Position numbers and translations under genes: made by a program
Shown: positions 37,286-52,000 of the stretch, piece after piece
Layout: every line of letters starts with the position of its first letter
Position numbering within the stretch: the first letter of the stretch is position 1
Notes under the pieces: model-generated
Databases searched by the model: none
What the model was told of the DNA's origin: nothing
What the model saw: the letters and a program-made list of their open reading frames with translations, nothing else
Source: Acanthaster planci
Lineage: Eukaryota
Direction of reading: 5' to 3'
Length of the DNA stretch: 63,072 bases
NCBI RefSeq assembly: GCF_001949145.1
Contig: NW_019091355.1
Coordinates: forward strand, 429,720 to 492,791

Positions 37286-38601
37286 ATGCCATAGCGCCCT
37301 CTTACGTCCACACACAATGCTTGAACTTCAAAGCGGGAATGACGCTGGTAGCAAAATTGAACCTTACACCGCTGACACCACGTAATTCATATCGACAAAG
37401 TAAACATGGTACACAGGTCGATTGCGTTGGGTCACAGTATGCATAAAGCCTGGTATTCCTTGAGTTTATTGCTGCGTATGAGGCCTGTTAGTTTGAGCAG
37501 TGGATGCCATTATGATCCGTGCGATCTTACATTCCTGGGAGATGTTTTTGTAATAATGTTGAAACCTTTTAGTGAATTTTGTAATAAAAAAAAGTTTGGG
37601 GATTTTGTTAGAAATTGGGAAGCATATTAATTGATTCAGATCAAAACCCTAGAAGCCGTTAATCACCCGAATTAGGCCTGCCGAAGACTCCCTCTCCCAT
37701 AACCACTATGAGTGTACTGAAGGAAACAGAAAAGTGTAAAAAAATAAAGAAAAAAAAGTTGATATGATAAATACAATGAGCTTATAGGAGATATAAAATC
37801 ACAAACATTTCTCTTCGAGTTCTCTCAGTGGTATTTCATGAAACCAAAGGTTGAAGTACTCGACCTTTAGCCCATATGTAAAACAAATCTATCCGAAACA
37901 TGCCTAATATTCAAATCGGTATAAAAACTGCTCCCAGTCGGGTTTAGGGTGTTGTCGGTAAACACGTTGAGAGGTTCAACATCCAGTCGTTATCAGCGTC
38001 GTCATTTTTATCGCAATATCCGTATTCATAAAACCCTCTGAGTAAACAGGCTATTAGCAGTCTAGCGGTTGTGACAGCAGACCGGAGTTTATGCTGGAAA
38101 CTAAATACGAGATGTATGACGCGTGCATAAGTATCACGTAGTTGTGTTTCATTCTACACGTCCATCTTGTGCGAAGAAACTTGTGGAACTAAGCAAGGCT
38201 CAGGATACGCAAGTATGGTTTGGTTCAGTAAAAGTTTGGTATAGGTCTCTGATGCATGTGTGATGAAAATTGGGACGATACCTTTTAGAGATAACCTGTA
38301 TTAATGACATACGAAACTTACCAGAATACTGGAGTTACAGTGCAGCTACGTGTATGCAGTTGCATTTATTTATAGAGATTCTGGAAAGGATCATAAGTGA
38401 TAACAAGAAATTTAGTTTTCTTGAGAATTTGTGTGGACAACTTTTTGACAGCCATACAACAGTGAATGTTTTCATTTGTCAATTGTAATTTCTGCAAAGA
38501 TGTGTTGCAGGAATTTGTGACAAGCAGAATTACATATGAGAAAAAACATTCATCGGCATGTTGTGACTAACAAGTTGGACTGTTTACGCAAAAATCATTA
38601 C

Positions 38602-38757
38602 TATTTGCTCTTTTCACGTTGCCACCATAGGCGGGGAGAGCCTCGGTCATGGCTGTCTATAGTGGTTCGCGGTTCACTGGACCAGCCATATTTTTTGTGT
38701 AATGCTGCCACTTCGAGGCTCTCCGTGCCTATGGTGGCAGCGTGCAAAGAGCGAATA
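38602..38757. mobile_element. Small TA-flanked MITE
   Basis: tatttgctcttttcacgttgccaccataggc / gcctatggtggcagcgtgcaaagagcgaata inverted arms. Confidence 0.65.
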
Positions 38758-40015
38758 TTGGAGCAAATTTTTATGCATGGGACACAAATCTCGCAGATTA
38801 GGACCTTAGGCCCATGCGTTTCTCGCCCCAAGTTCCTTCTTCTGCTGACTCGCACTTTTCTACAAGTAAATTATGACATAACCATGGTACATTTTCGTGA
38901 CTGTACATGTAGTCTGTCAGTAGGGTAAAAACTGGAAGGGGGGGGCACAAGGACTGTGTTCGCCATTATAGCGCCATCATTGTCCTAGTAGGAGCCACAT
39001 TTGAAACTATGCTCCACTTTAAGCATGTAATCTACCAAACTGCTCCTGGCATGTTTTAATTGTGACTACATTAATTAATTGTTTCAACTGGACCTACTAT
39101 TCCATTTTTGGTGAACTTTAGTGATAATAGCTAACAAGACGGTCCAGTCGTCCAATTTGATTGAAATTACAGCATTATTTCATTTGTAATTTGTTGTTAT
39201 TTTTGGTCAGCAAAGCAACAATTCTCCATCAAGCCTCCTCCCACACACATTGTGATAACACAGTTGAAAAACAAAATAATTACTGGGGCTGGTACTCGGT
39301 CCGGATTATTTTGTCTCTTTGTCATCAGCCATACATCCAGACTAATTTCTTGCAAAGGTACACACTGTTTGACTCTGTGGGCACATTCCATGCGTTGATG
39401 CAGTATAAATCATGTCTACCCAATAAATGTCAAGCCCCGTGTGCAGTGTTGTCGTGCGGCCGGCCATCGATCAATTGTTCTTTAGAATTCACACCATTTC
39501 AATTGCCTTGAACAGGTTAATGATTAACAAAATGTACCTGCACGTTCCAACGAACGGGAAAATGGGATTAATAACTGTGTTTGCTTATCCAGAAACAAAA
39601 TCTTTCTGCATTTAGAGCAAAAATTATAGTAAGGCTCGTACTCAACTCTTCAGGTTTATGAAGTCGTGTGACACTGCTTTTCCCTACACATTTTAATGAA
39701 ACGATTACTTCTCCAATCTCCAGGATGGTTTTGGAATTCGCTTTGTGAGCTCAACTGATAATCCGAGGAATATTGAGCGCCGTAGGCTTATTCCCTAATT
39801 GCAGCAATGTGGTTTTGCTTGGACTACCGAATTGAAACCTTAAGGCCTAAAAAATGTAATTTCGAGTTACAGAGGAGAAAGTGGTGAATTTCCGATTTTT
39901 TTCTTCAGCCTAAATGTTTACTTTATAATCTTAATAATCTGTTTTCCCTACAATGTATAGACTGAGCGTGTGTTGTGATTTTTCATGCTTTACTAAGCCC
40001 TGCTGTTTTTCTACA

Positions 40016-43000
40016 ATGAACATTCTGTTGATTACAACATTGACTCTGGCAACCTGTCTTCATCTTGCCAATGCAGGTAGGTCTTAACTTGATTCCTTCC
40101 ATTTGAAATCAGTCACCCAAGTTCGGTTTTACAACAAAATTCTAGCTATCGTCACTGTGAATAGCCTACAATTATCCGCCCTTTCAAACAATATCCCACC
40201 TTGCCTTTATTAATAAAACTTTTCCTCAGACTTTATGAGGAGCTGTTTCATACGGAAGCCCGTTAGGGCCACGGTATATTCCTCTATCACGGCGGTGTGT
40301 TTCTCTTTCACGGCGGTGCGTTTCTCTTTCGTTGTTGCCAGTAACTCGCGGCCGCGAGTCAAGCAACAACGAAAGAGGAACACACCGCCGTGAAAGAGGA
40401 ATATACCGTGGCCCTAACGGGCTTCCGTAGTTTCATCCCACCATCTTGACAAGTAAGACTTTTAGATGTACCGTAATGATTTTGGTCATCAATCGATCAG
40501 AGGCTGACTGTTGTGTCTAGCGGGGAATTAGACACAGTGATACCTAATATACAAACGCATTTACCAACGGGCATACAATAACGGGAGTGAAATCGTGGGC
40601 AATGTCAGCCTCGTCCTCACGAAGAGGAATATTGAGAATTAACTAATAATGGCGCAGTTGGACGATAATCATATGGGGAACGCATCTCCTGCCCGTATCT
40701 GCTTTAGCCAATGTATGTATCTTAGTTGACTTTATAAACCTAGGCTATCAAATTTAATCTGACTTTTACATTTTAGTTAGAAAGTTAAAACGAATTAATA
40801 AGAAATAAATAAGTTGAAACTTTATGAACACCCAACAAAACTTCATGGAATTTCACGACAAAAGATACTTGCTCTGGTTTCCCGATTTCGTGATGTTGCC
40901 TATGGGCATTTGGGCAGTGCAAGACAATGGACTCCACACTCAGATATCAGGATAATTTTCTTTCCTTTTTATCCCAAACCGGCACTTACACATTCATTGC
41001 AACTCTGACTATTGGAATCAGACAAGCCACTCTCAGTATAAATACCCATAAAAGACAGCTGCCAAAGCGGCATATCCAGCTTTTAGGGGAATGGGGGTGT
41101 CAACATGATGTCGGGGAGAAGAAAAAACCCTACTCACAGTCCCAACATCCTTGATTTTATTTGCTGGTGTTGTATTCTTAAGTTAGCCTACTTTATGACA
41201 AAGGGACTTTGCAGGTTGTTCTGGACGTGTGCGTTTCCACGTATCAACTTCTGCCTGCAGATGGTGACCATTTTACGTTGAGCCGATATTCGTCCCTCTC
41301 TTGAAGAAGGGTTCAAAGCGCCCTGAATTTCCGATTAAAGACAGGTTTACAAAATTGCCAATTATTGCTACGAATACCTCGATTTATCCCGAATAAAAGT
41401 TCTTGATGGGCATCTCGATTCCCTGTTTGTATCAGAGTGATTCAAGAACCAAAGAGGAATAATCAAGAACAATGGGTACCGGTACACACTGAAAGCCAAA
41501 TGAACAACAACAAAAATATTGTGGCATTTTTGTCAGGAATAAGTTATGAAAAACTCCATATACGAATATCCGGAGTAAGTTCAAAATACAAGAATAAGCC
41601 AAGAATTGGTGCTTCAAGTTGTTCTAAAATCACGCAACAAGTTTGAATATGACCCAAATTGTCGGTGTGCTACCCAATCTTTAACGATTATTCACCGAAG
41701 TACCAGGATCATCCTATCAACTGCATGATAGTTGCCTCCACGTTAGCAGCACCGCTTTCCATAATTGTGCTCATGACAGTCAACGATACGATGCATTACT
41801 TAACTCTTGATGTAATAACAGTCTGTTTTGTTACTTCTGGACAGAATGTAAGTTCCTTTGTAATGGACAAGATTGCAGGCCTAACACGAATGTTAACGTC
41901 GACGAAGAGAGTTGTAAGTTCCTTGTTACAAGACGTTATATGATGCCTTTGCTGTGGTCTTGAATATGAACAATATACATGTAGATTTAGAATTCGTGCT
42001 TCATTTTCAAATGTCACTTTTGAACCTCTATTGACGGCAGGGTTCATGTTTTTCTTGAATTGATGGCTGTCTTCTTAGTATCACTTTTTATAGCAAATAT
42101 AGTCACCTTTTAGGTTCCCATTTCAATTAACTTTACTTTCCTGGGGGTTGTCTATGATACAGCGGGACCTCAGGATGTGTACCAAGTTTTCGTCACCAAT
42201 GAAAGTGCCCCAATCGTGGAGTACACGAACTGCACCGGCGCCCATTGTAATAAGTTTGAATTCGATGATGCCGATAAAAAAGTAAAAATGATTGACAACA
42301 GCGGTAGTCTTCCTGACTTTGATGTAAGTCTGATTTCAGCTAATGTCTTCCATTTGACATTGATTAATTAATAATTTATAACTTCATGAAAAGTGGTCAT
42401 TTTGCAATGATGTCACTGTGATGAAAATCTGTAGTACTGTTTTTTTAGACTGAGCTTACACAAAGACATTAGATTTTTACATGCAGACCACTTCCACTGT
42501 ACGGAGTACCGCTGTGGAGATTTTAGGTTAGTTGTGCTGGTGCATACACCTACATCTTTTTGTCCTGCAATGGTGACCTCATGTTGCAACTCAAGCTGTG
42601 ACCCAGACATCCTCCAGCGGCTGATCCCGTGGAGTGAATTTATTGCAGTTGTGAATCACGGTGGATTTGGATGGATAGTAAGGCCTGTCCGAAGTTGGAG
42701 TTCCTTTTTGTTCTCTTTTGGACCTCTGAGATTGATGTTAATATGAGACCGACTTAAGGTAATTTGGCAAAAGGAAGGAACTGTATAGTTAGCAGGGAGT
42801 GATTCAAACACTCACCGAAAATACTCTTCACTTCAAAACGTTCTGTTTCAAAATTTTCAGGCTCAATCCGGCTCGCCGATTCCCGAGCTTGTAGCAACGT
42901 TTTCTTTAAAATGCGAAGACGCTACACTTGTGAGTAATCTATAATGGACATTTCTAAAAGGTTTTTCTGAATTTCATATAAACTATGCTTATGTGTCACC

Positions 43001-46000
43001 ATGCCTAACAATCATTTGTGGCAGGGTTGTAGTCTAGTACCAGTACTTCTTCAGAGTACAAGTACCAATATACTTTGTCATGCAGCTAGGAGTTCATTTT
43101 CAAGAGTACAGGTAAATGACCTACGCTGTTCATGAGCTTTCATAAGCACAAGCTCTTTGTTAAAATTAGTAAAGACGAGAGGAGACTTCTGGAGGCCACT
43201 TGAAAGCAAAAACCAAGCGGTAATGTCACCTAGTGTGATCATGGTATGAAAATGCAGAGTGCGTGAACGCCTTTTGCAGGTGAACTGGATGGAAGTCTAT
43301 GCCTAAAATCGCGGCGACATCTTCAGTTAGTTTAGGCTTCAGTTCCATGATAACATTCGTGAACTTAGGCTGTCAGGCTCAACGCAGCTGCATTTTTGAC
43401 ATAATAATTTATCAGACTGTGGAATATGAGGACAGAGGTTTGAATAATTTGATTTTGACCTAACATGACTCAGAAATTCCGGAGATGGACCTTATTATAT
43501 TTGAACACAGATAGAATGCAAAGATATCATCGCTCAGATGGTGTAGTTTCTCATTGGGACCTCAATCCATTTTCTAATGTTCCAGCTAAGAATCGACTGG
43601 CTATGAACATAATTTATGGTCACACAAATTATTTGTTTATCTTTTACCACTGAACAGGACGTAAGCATTCGGACGCAGAATATTAATGACAATTTGGCCA
43701 AATTTGAAAACGCTGAATACAGTGCAACTATCCCGGAGGTATGGAAAGAGACGTTGAGTGTGGGTTTCATTGTTGTCTTTAATTTGAATCGTTTTCCGTG
43801 TCTGTAATTTTTTCTTGTGTCCTTTTGCTTTATCGACTAATTGTTATTTTGTTCTGTTTTGCTGCTAATTGATGCCTACCGGTATTAATCCATTTTAGGG
43901 ATTGTTAACAAAACAACGAAGATAAATTGCTTATCAATGCAGAAGCTAATGGTATGAAAGTTGTATTCTTTTGTTCATTTACTAAAGTACGGGGAGAACA
44001 AAACAAATCACCAAAACTGACCAATTGAATTATGGCGATGTCTGTGATTGTTGTTTTGGGTGGTTTTAACTTGTGGTAAAGGTGATTGTGGCTGTGAAGG
44101 CTTGAATTTGTTGTTTTGAAAGTCTTGTTTCGGTAGTTCTACGATCCCATTAGTTAGGCTTTAACAATTGTCTCATTATGGTTTAATCCTTGTTCAATTT
44201 ATTTTTTGCACAGTTAACGAAGACAGGAGTAGTTGTCCCATTAGATGACATCATTCTGACGGATGAGGATCGCTCAGAAGAGAATTTGAACATCAATCTT
44301 CAAGACTTGAATGTAATACCACTACATACACTTTCAACATAACATTTCCTCAACATTGTTTATATATTTCTGTGACTTTAGGTCCATATCAGGCTCGTTT
44401 TCTCGTTGTGACGTTTGATAACAAACATTAGGACTTCAGCACAAATTGTGTGTTACTGCAATGTAGTGAAGTAATTGCTAACCAGAAACCCGGTCTTGCA
44501 AGACATTTCAGTTCGGTTTCAAAAGAAACGATTTTACTCTGGTTTTAGAATTTCTAATGATCTTTGAGTTTAACAAGTTAAGAGGCTTGTGATTTCCAAA
44601 AGGTTATGAACATATACCCCATGATACTTCAATTATCCTGTTGTTTGTTTCTTACAGAACGATGAAATCCCGTTCCAGTTTGAGGCAGACTTTGGCAGTC
44701 TTATTTCCACTGACAAAGTGACAATCCGGATCAAAGTTAAGAATCCACCTGCCGTCGATTTTGAGCGGCATCCAGGCTACATATTGACACTCTCTGTTAA
44801 TGTAAGTGGAAAGACTCAATTTAAGTCAGACTGTTTCCTCAGTTTTTTCATTTTCTTTCTTTCCTGATGCCTGTAACATGCTTTTAAGCTTAGCAAATTG
44901 TTAATCTCACAGAAACCTCAATTACCCAATTTTTTTTACAGAGGCGGGAAATGTATTTAATCTAATGTACTTTGATATATATCATTGCACGCTGGGAAGG
45001 ATGATTAAAGTATATTTCAATATAATCAAAAAAGTTCTGGTTTTGTTTTATAACCACAAAATAATAGTTCTTTATCATGTAGTCACAACTCTTAAACAAT
45101 CACATTACACGCAGTCCAAAACTTATGTTTTCCAAATTTCCTTTCTCAACGAAAGGATACCCAAGTTGGACCCTACCAAAACAGTGTAACAACGGCCACT
45201 TTGAACATCACCATTGAAGACTTGGATGACAAGGACCCAAGGTTTTTGAATGACTCCTACATGGCCACAACAAGTGAAGGATACACTGGTCCACTCGAGG
45301 TCCAACCGCCAATCGAAGCCAAAGACCAAGACTCCTTAAATATTCCTGTCAAGTACAGTATCGCAGGTACAATTTATTTCCTCACAGATATACTTTTAGA
45401 TTTAACAAGAACTGTTGGTAAAACAGGAAACATAGGTTTAACAGGAAATTTATCAAGTATAATTGAGGTTGGTTGTATACCCGAAATATTGAGTAAGGCA
45501 ACTGAAATAATGCGTGCTTCATCCAATGGACCAGTTTTGAGTGAGAATTTATACCTTTCTGACCATTTTCCATGGGTGTGTAGGTGCTGCACCCTGTTCG
45601 TCAGGTAGTTTTATGATCGATGAAAACCAAGGTAACATTAGTGTCATCAACGCCGTCCTGGATGCTGGCGAATGTGCGATTCAGCTTCGGGTAAGTGCAT
45701 GCATTGTACGGTACAACAGGCCAACACATATATCAACACCCATTGTCAACGTAAATTTCATAGAGTGGATAGAAACAAATACATGTACATATATGTGCAC
45801 AAATCACTGACTCATATCGCTAACAGTACCTGAGTGAGAAAAAGAGTAAAAACAAAGAAGACAAAAAAAAAGAACTGCGACGTCCTTATCAAACCCTGTA
45901 TTCCACGAAATCCGGATCGACCGACTTATACTTGTTGCCATGCTAATCTCTATTGTCTGAATTTACCCGCTGCATTGTTATGTACTGACCACGTACTGCC

Positions 46001-49000
46001 CTTGCCAAAATCACCACTTTCGTTTTCTCCTTTCTCAATGTCCTTTTCAACCCCTTCTCAATCCTTTCTTAATCATTTTTCAAACTTTTCTCAATCCTCC
46101 CTCATTCCTTTCATCTTTCTCTATCCTTTCTCAAACTCGTTGAAAACCAGGCGGAGCAAGCAGACGACGATTCCCGCTTTGCCACAGCTATACTTGTTCT
46201 AACCATCAACGATGTGGACTCAAACTGTCCCTACTTCGTCGACAAATCTATCACCGGTAGAATTGATCCTGATGACAGAGATGCTTATGTCATCGACGGA
46301 GTGGATCTTTTGAGCCTTGAAGCGAAGGATGACGACAAGGTTTAAGCCAAACCAAAAGAAAAGATGTATTGATACACATTGGGCTTCTTTGGGAAGGCAT
46401 AGCCAATCTCGACTTATGGACAGGAGAGATATCTAACTAATAATCATAGATATTCAGCGGTCTGTATAAGTAAGATTTTGCTATGACGAACATGAAATGG
46501 TATAGGCAAAAAAAGTTTGGGGATGTAATTTGAGCGTACCAAAATGTGTACGAAAAAGACAAAAGAGATAAAAACATAAAAGGTCGTCTTATATTAGGGA
46601 GGCTTGGGCCGAATTTTTTAGAATTATTCTCAATGGAAGATTAAATTACTTCATTGTTTTTGAATCTTGCTTTGCACGGACAAGGATAACCTCCAATTGG
46701 GGTTCTGTTAAGGCTCACTCACGATAAAGGCCAATACATGCGGACGTGATTTTATTTGCCACTCAATATTTCACTTTAATATGTTTGCTCCCCGCGAAGA
46801 AAGTTTATCGATTCTGCAAGGCTATTAAACTGAATATATTTTTAGGTATTGAAATGACATGTTAATGTTACATTCCGCAGGAATTCGTAGGGAATATAAC
46901 CCTTTCGGAGGAGAATCACCCATTCCAGTTGGTAATAAGTGACGAGACAAGCAACCCGCGCATTGTACGTTTCAAAGTAAAGGAGACACTTTCCTTGGAA
47001 GTCAACCAAACTTACAGTCTACAGGTAACATTCTTATCGGGGGCTGAAATATAACAATGCTTATTTAAAGGGCCGCCGGAAACAGAAAAATCTTACTACA
47101 GGAAAAGGCAGTCAACCAACAAAATTATGGTCCGCATGAAAATAGCTCTTGATTGTTTCCTGAGTACATTATACTTAGCATGATGGGTTAACAAGTTGAA
47201 CTGCTTCTTCAACAAGCTATCCAATCCTGCTCTAAGGTGAACACGTTTTCTGATCATCAACTACAGGCTCATGCGTGATAAAAATGCAGGCAAACATTTC
47301 ACAAGCCAATTCTCTTTTGTTCGCCTTTACCATTGCAATACTGAGAAAAGTTACAAGAGAAAAGTAATGTACTGGCTCATTACAAAGACTTCCAGAATAC
47401 AACCTGGGATGATATTCCTAGATGGAACTCATGACAATTAAGTTGACAGATTTTTTATTTTTGTCTCCTTTCTTTAAATATCTAGGTTGAAGCACAATCC
47501 GAAAGCTGCTTTGACGCTGCCAGTGTTAGCATTACAGTTGCAAACCTGGATCCTGTTTACAATAAAACTAGATATGATACCACTATAGAGGAGGGTCGAG
47601 TTTACAGTGATTCTATACTACAGGTGAGGAATCTGCTTACGATTACGAGATATGGCTAAGACATAGCCATGCCTACCGTATCCGAATACACAGCAAAGTT
47701 ATTCCTTGAGTTGAATATAACAAGATGAGTTCGAATTGTGCATACCATGCGCCAATAATGATTTTGAAATCTTTCCTGGTATGTCCTTAAGGTCACCGCG
47801 GAATCCAGTGCCCCGCCAGGAGAAATAACCTACGTTTTGAAGTCGGCTACAGATGGTGGTGATAGTTACTTCTCTGTGGATGCCACATCGGGTGAGATCA
47901 AGGTTCCGGAGAAAACCGACGCAGAGGAGGTGGAAAGATTCATCCTTTTCATCGAAGCTCAGGATAACATGTGGCAGCCGGCAAGGTACAGAGTATAAGC
48001 AAGCATTGTATATCATGCAGTACCAAACAGGAACCTGTCCTGGGAAGTGGGGTCAAAAAGACCAGTGAAATGATTTCATCAACCAAAATCAACAATGATT
48101 TCTCTTGACGACAGAAATTCACAAAACGGCAGCAAATTTAATCGTTACCACAATACCAATAAGATTAGGCCACCAGAAACATCAATGGAAATGGCTTCAA
48201 CCACTAACGTCAGTATATCAGTTGGGTATTTAAAAAAATAAGGTCATTCGGGAACATGAACAAAGCACGGGTCCGGAAAGAGCCGTGCTAATTGGGCAGA
48301 CCCCACAGCGCGTCCGAATGACCCTGGACGCACTTCATTTTGGGCATGCGCTGTTGAAATACCGAACTGGCTTATTGAAACTATCAATATAGACAGCAGC
48401 GTTCGCAAAAAAAGAAAAGATTCATCAGTAACTAAATGATAACACAATGCAAGCAGCAACAAATCGAAAAAGCAATTATGACTTCATCAACAACACCGTA
48501 AACGCAACAACAGCAACATCAACTACTCGCTACTAATTCTTAAATAACAATTGCAACATTTAAATCAACTAAATAACAACACCCATGGCAACCTAAGAAA
48601 CAATTGGCCCAAACACGTAGATGAAGTGGACCTGTGGCTTTTTTTTATAAAAATAAAAAAAATCAACAAAAGAGACACAAAGTGCCACAATGTTTTGTTT
48701 TTACCTTTCATTTCTATTACTTTATGTCACCAAAGGATTTCATTCGCCAACGTGTATGTCACTGTCAAGGATGTCAATGACAATGTCCCAGTGTTTGAAG
48801 ACACGGCATACGACAAAAGCATACCAGAGAACTACGAAGTTGGTGACCTGGTTCTAACTGTCAGGGTAAGTTACTCTGAAAATCTCCTCTTGTCACCAAT
48901 TCAAACACAGAAAATAAAACAAGAGTTTATTTCCAAAAAGAGATAAATACCGTTTTGGTCCTTCTCTTTAAGAATTGCACCTTCCCGCGGTTGTCTCCAG

Positions 49001-52000
49001 CCAGTTTCTGTGGTTGTTATTTTGTTAAAAAAAAAACTAAAGTAGTAAGAACAGTGAAAATAACATTTAGAAAGCTTAACCTTAGACATGGCCTGCTCAT
49101 TTTGTTTTTAAACATTCAATATGTGGAAACATTGCGCAATGTTTGAATGGCGTTAATCTCATTTGGGAATGAAAACCTCGTTAGTATTATGACCTCCATA
49201 GCTATCAAATTGACTTGTCTAGCTACATTGTACATCTCTTGTACTTTTTATGTATAGACTAATCCGATTAGACGCCATACTGCCGTGGCATCGCACTCAC
49301 ACGCACATTTTTCAGCTTGACGCGCGTGTGGTTTGGCAAATCATGACGCCCTGTTGGTCGAAGAGGCATGTAACGCGCGTACCACCTGTCTACGCGCGTT
49401 GTGCTACCACAGTAATGGCTTTTAATTCTGGTGGTCGAATTACACTATATTTTGTCCATTAATGTTCGATTCCAAGAACACAAAGTTCAGGTGTAATCCT
49501 CCATTACCGTTCAACGCAAGTGAATATTTCAACTAATGCGTATTAGCAGTCTACAACTGAAAAACAAGGTTGAGAAATGCATTCCCTCAAAAGTAGCATT
49601 TGCTTCTTGGGTCAGTTTTTACCTCGCTGGCTTTGAAAGTCGATTTTCAAGGTCCATTGTCCACCACATTTGCTTCCTATAGGTTTTATCTTCTCTATCT
49701 TCTTCCTGTTTTTCAGGCTCGAGATGCCGATAGGGATGACGTCTTAGAATACATGATTGATGTACCTGACTTACCATTTGTTATTCGCAGTGAAACGTGA
49801 GTCTTCAGCGCTTGTATAAAACTACTCGAAATGTACTGGTTTGATAAAGGGTTTCTCTGCTGTTTTCTAGTGCTAGGCCTATACTTTTGCTGTCTTTGTG
49901 CATTTTGTTGTTTTAATAGAAATTATTTAAATACACTTGTTAACCCTGACGGTTAGGGTTAATTATGGAAGTTTTCCAAATAGACATCAGATGATAATGT
50001 GTTAATTCTTTTGTTTAGAGGTGAAATAATTCTGAATAAAACTCTGGACGTGGATGCTCCTAACAGTCAAGCAGAGTACATGTTTGCTGTCATCGTTTCG
50101 GATGGTAACGAGGACCATGTAAGTCCAAGCCAAGGGTCAATTCAGAACCAAATTTTCGGGGGCAAGCTTTTTGAAGAGAAAGGTGGAAGTTTTAGAATGT
50201 AACGTTTCATAGTCTTTCTAGGGGAAGGCTACATTAAGACCTTTCGGTCACTTTGAGAAGGAAGAGAAATGAAATAAGTTAGTGGGGAGGGGGCTCTACC
50301 CCAGCCCCCTTCTTCCTTGTCTAAGTCTCACCACGAAAAAGCAACATAGCAATTCTCAACAACAAAAGCGATGCTTAAAGAAATACAGTCGAAATAAGAA
50401 ACAGTTAAAAAGCTACAACATACCTGGATTTGTGCTAAATACTTTTATGTATTTGTTTATCTGCTTGTTCAATGGTAGGATCAGTCTGTCAATGTAACCA
50501 TCAGTGTCCAGGATGAGAATGACAATTCACCAGTATTTGATGGCGAATACAGCTGGGATTTAACAGAAGAGGAATTGATAAACTACGAAGTATTTCAGGT
50601 AGGAACTTACTCTAAGCCGAAAAGAAACTTGTAAATGTTCATTTCTCATTCAGAAATTAAATTTGTTACACTGAGCTGTATTTCGCGTAAAAGTACATTA
50701 AGCCGACTATACATAATGTTAAAGCCTACGATCTGTTTGTCTCATTTTTGTTGGTTTAGGTGTTCGCTACAGACGCGGATGTAGACACTGAACTAACTTA
50801 CTCTTTGGAATACACACCAAACAACAAATACACCTTTGAAATCCTGAATGACCAGGTTTGTGTGGACAGTCCTCACCGGAAATTGTAATCAATGAGGTCA
50901 GTGACCTCAATGTACGAAAGAGGCCTCAGGTGTTGAAACATCATGACTGAGAACAAATTCCAGAGTGAAAGTGTCAATTACAATTTTATTACGCGGGCCT
51001 GTAAATTTCATTCAATTGGCCTGTCTTGATTGAAAAGCAACGTTTCAGGTCATAAAAAAGAATAACTAGAAAAATGGCGGCTTGCCTAGGCATTGCCTGA
51101 CGGAAACTGTGTAGGCCTATCCAAAAGTTGAAATAGTAGCCGACGAATAAAGCTCAAATTATGGCATCAAAATGGTTCGATCTCAGCTGTACAACCATTT
51201 AAAAAATGTATTTCCCAACTGCAGGTTGGCAACATAACTGTGAATGGTACTTTTGACCGGGAGGAACAGAGTGAAGTAGAGGTGACGGTGAGAGCAAGTG
51301 ATGGTTTGAATATTCCAGTCAAGAAGGTTAGTCCTCCTTTTTTTCAACTCGTAATCCTTACTTTTATTATTTCTGTCGTCGTCCCGTTTTGTGGTCTGAA
51401 ATGTGACAATCTACATGTATTGTTTTGTACCTTTGTGGATTTTTTTAAAGAAACAAGGTCGCTTCCAAGTTTTTTTTATTGAGAGGCATATTTCGTCATT
51501 CATGACTGCTGTTGTCAGTTTTACAATTTGTTTTGAAAGGAAATGTTTTCTGTTTACATTTTGGATATGATAGGTGAAGTTCATCATCTTGGATGTAAAC
51601 GATCAACGACCAGCTTTTGATTCCAGACTAAGCTGTTCCTCATCTTCACCTTTCGAAATCAGCGAAACCGCTGAAAAAGACACGCCTGTTTGTCAGTTTA
51701 GGGCTACGGATGATGACAAACCGAATACCATCAACTCAGAAATCACCTATTCGTTGCTGGGCGAAACAGGTACAGTAGGCCTATAGCTTTGGAGTTTTCC
51801 GTGACATCAAATCTTTTTCCTGTAATCATTTAAATACTAAAAATCATTTATTACAGAGCTGGAAAGCTGATTGAAATTTAGATCACCCTTTTCCCAGAGT
51901 CTTTTCGATGACATTTTTCGTGCTTGATGCATTAATTGCAGATTTTGGGATCGAGGGAGATGGTGAAGACTACCGACTCATTGTCAATGGTACCCTGGAT

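Noticed and set aside
41438..41574. Possible alternative cadherin exon 2 (phase 1 to 0, ends |gtaagt)
   Set aside because: The acceptor is weak (the nearer AG gives an immediate stop) and the peptide has no cadherin character; 42163-42323 fits better
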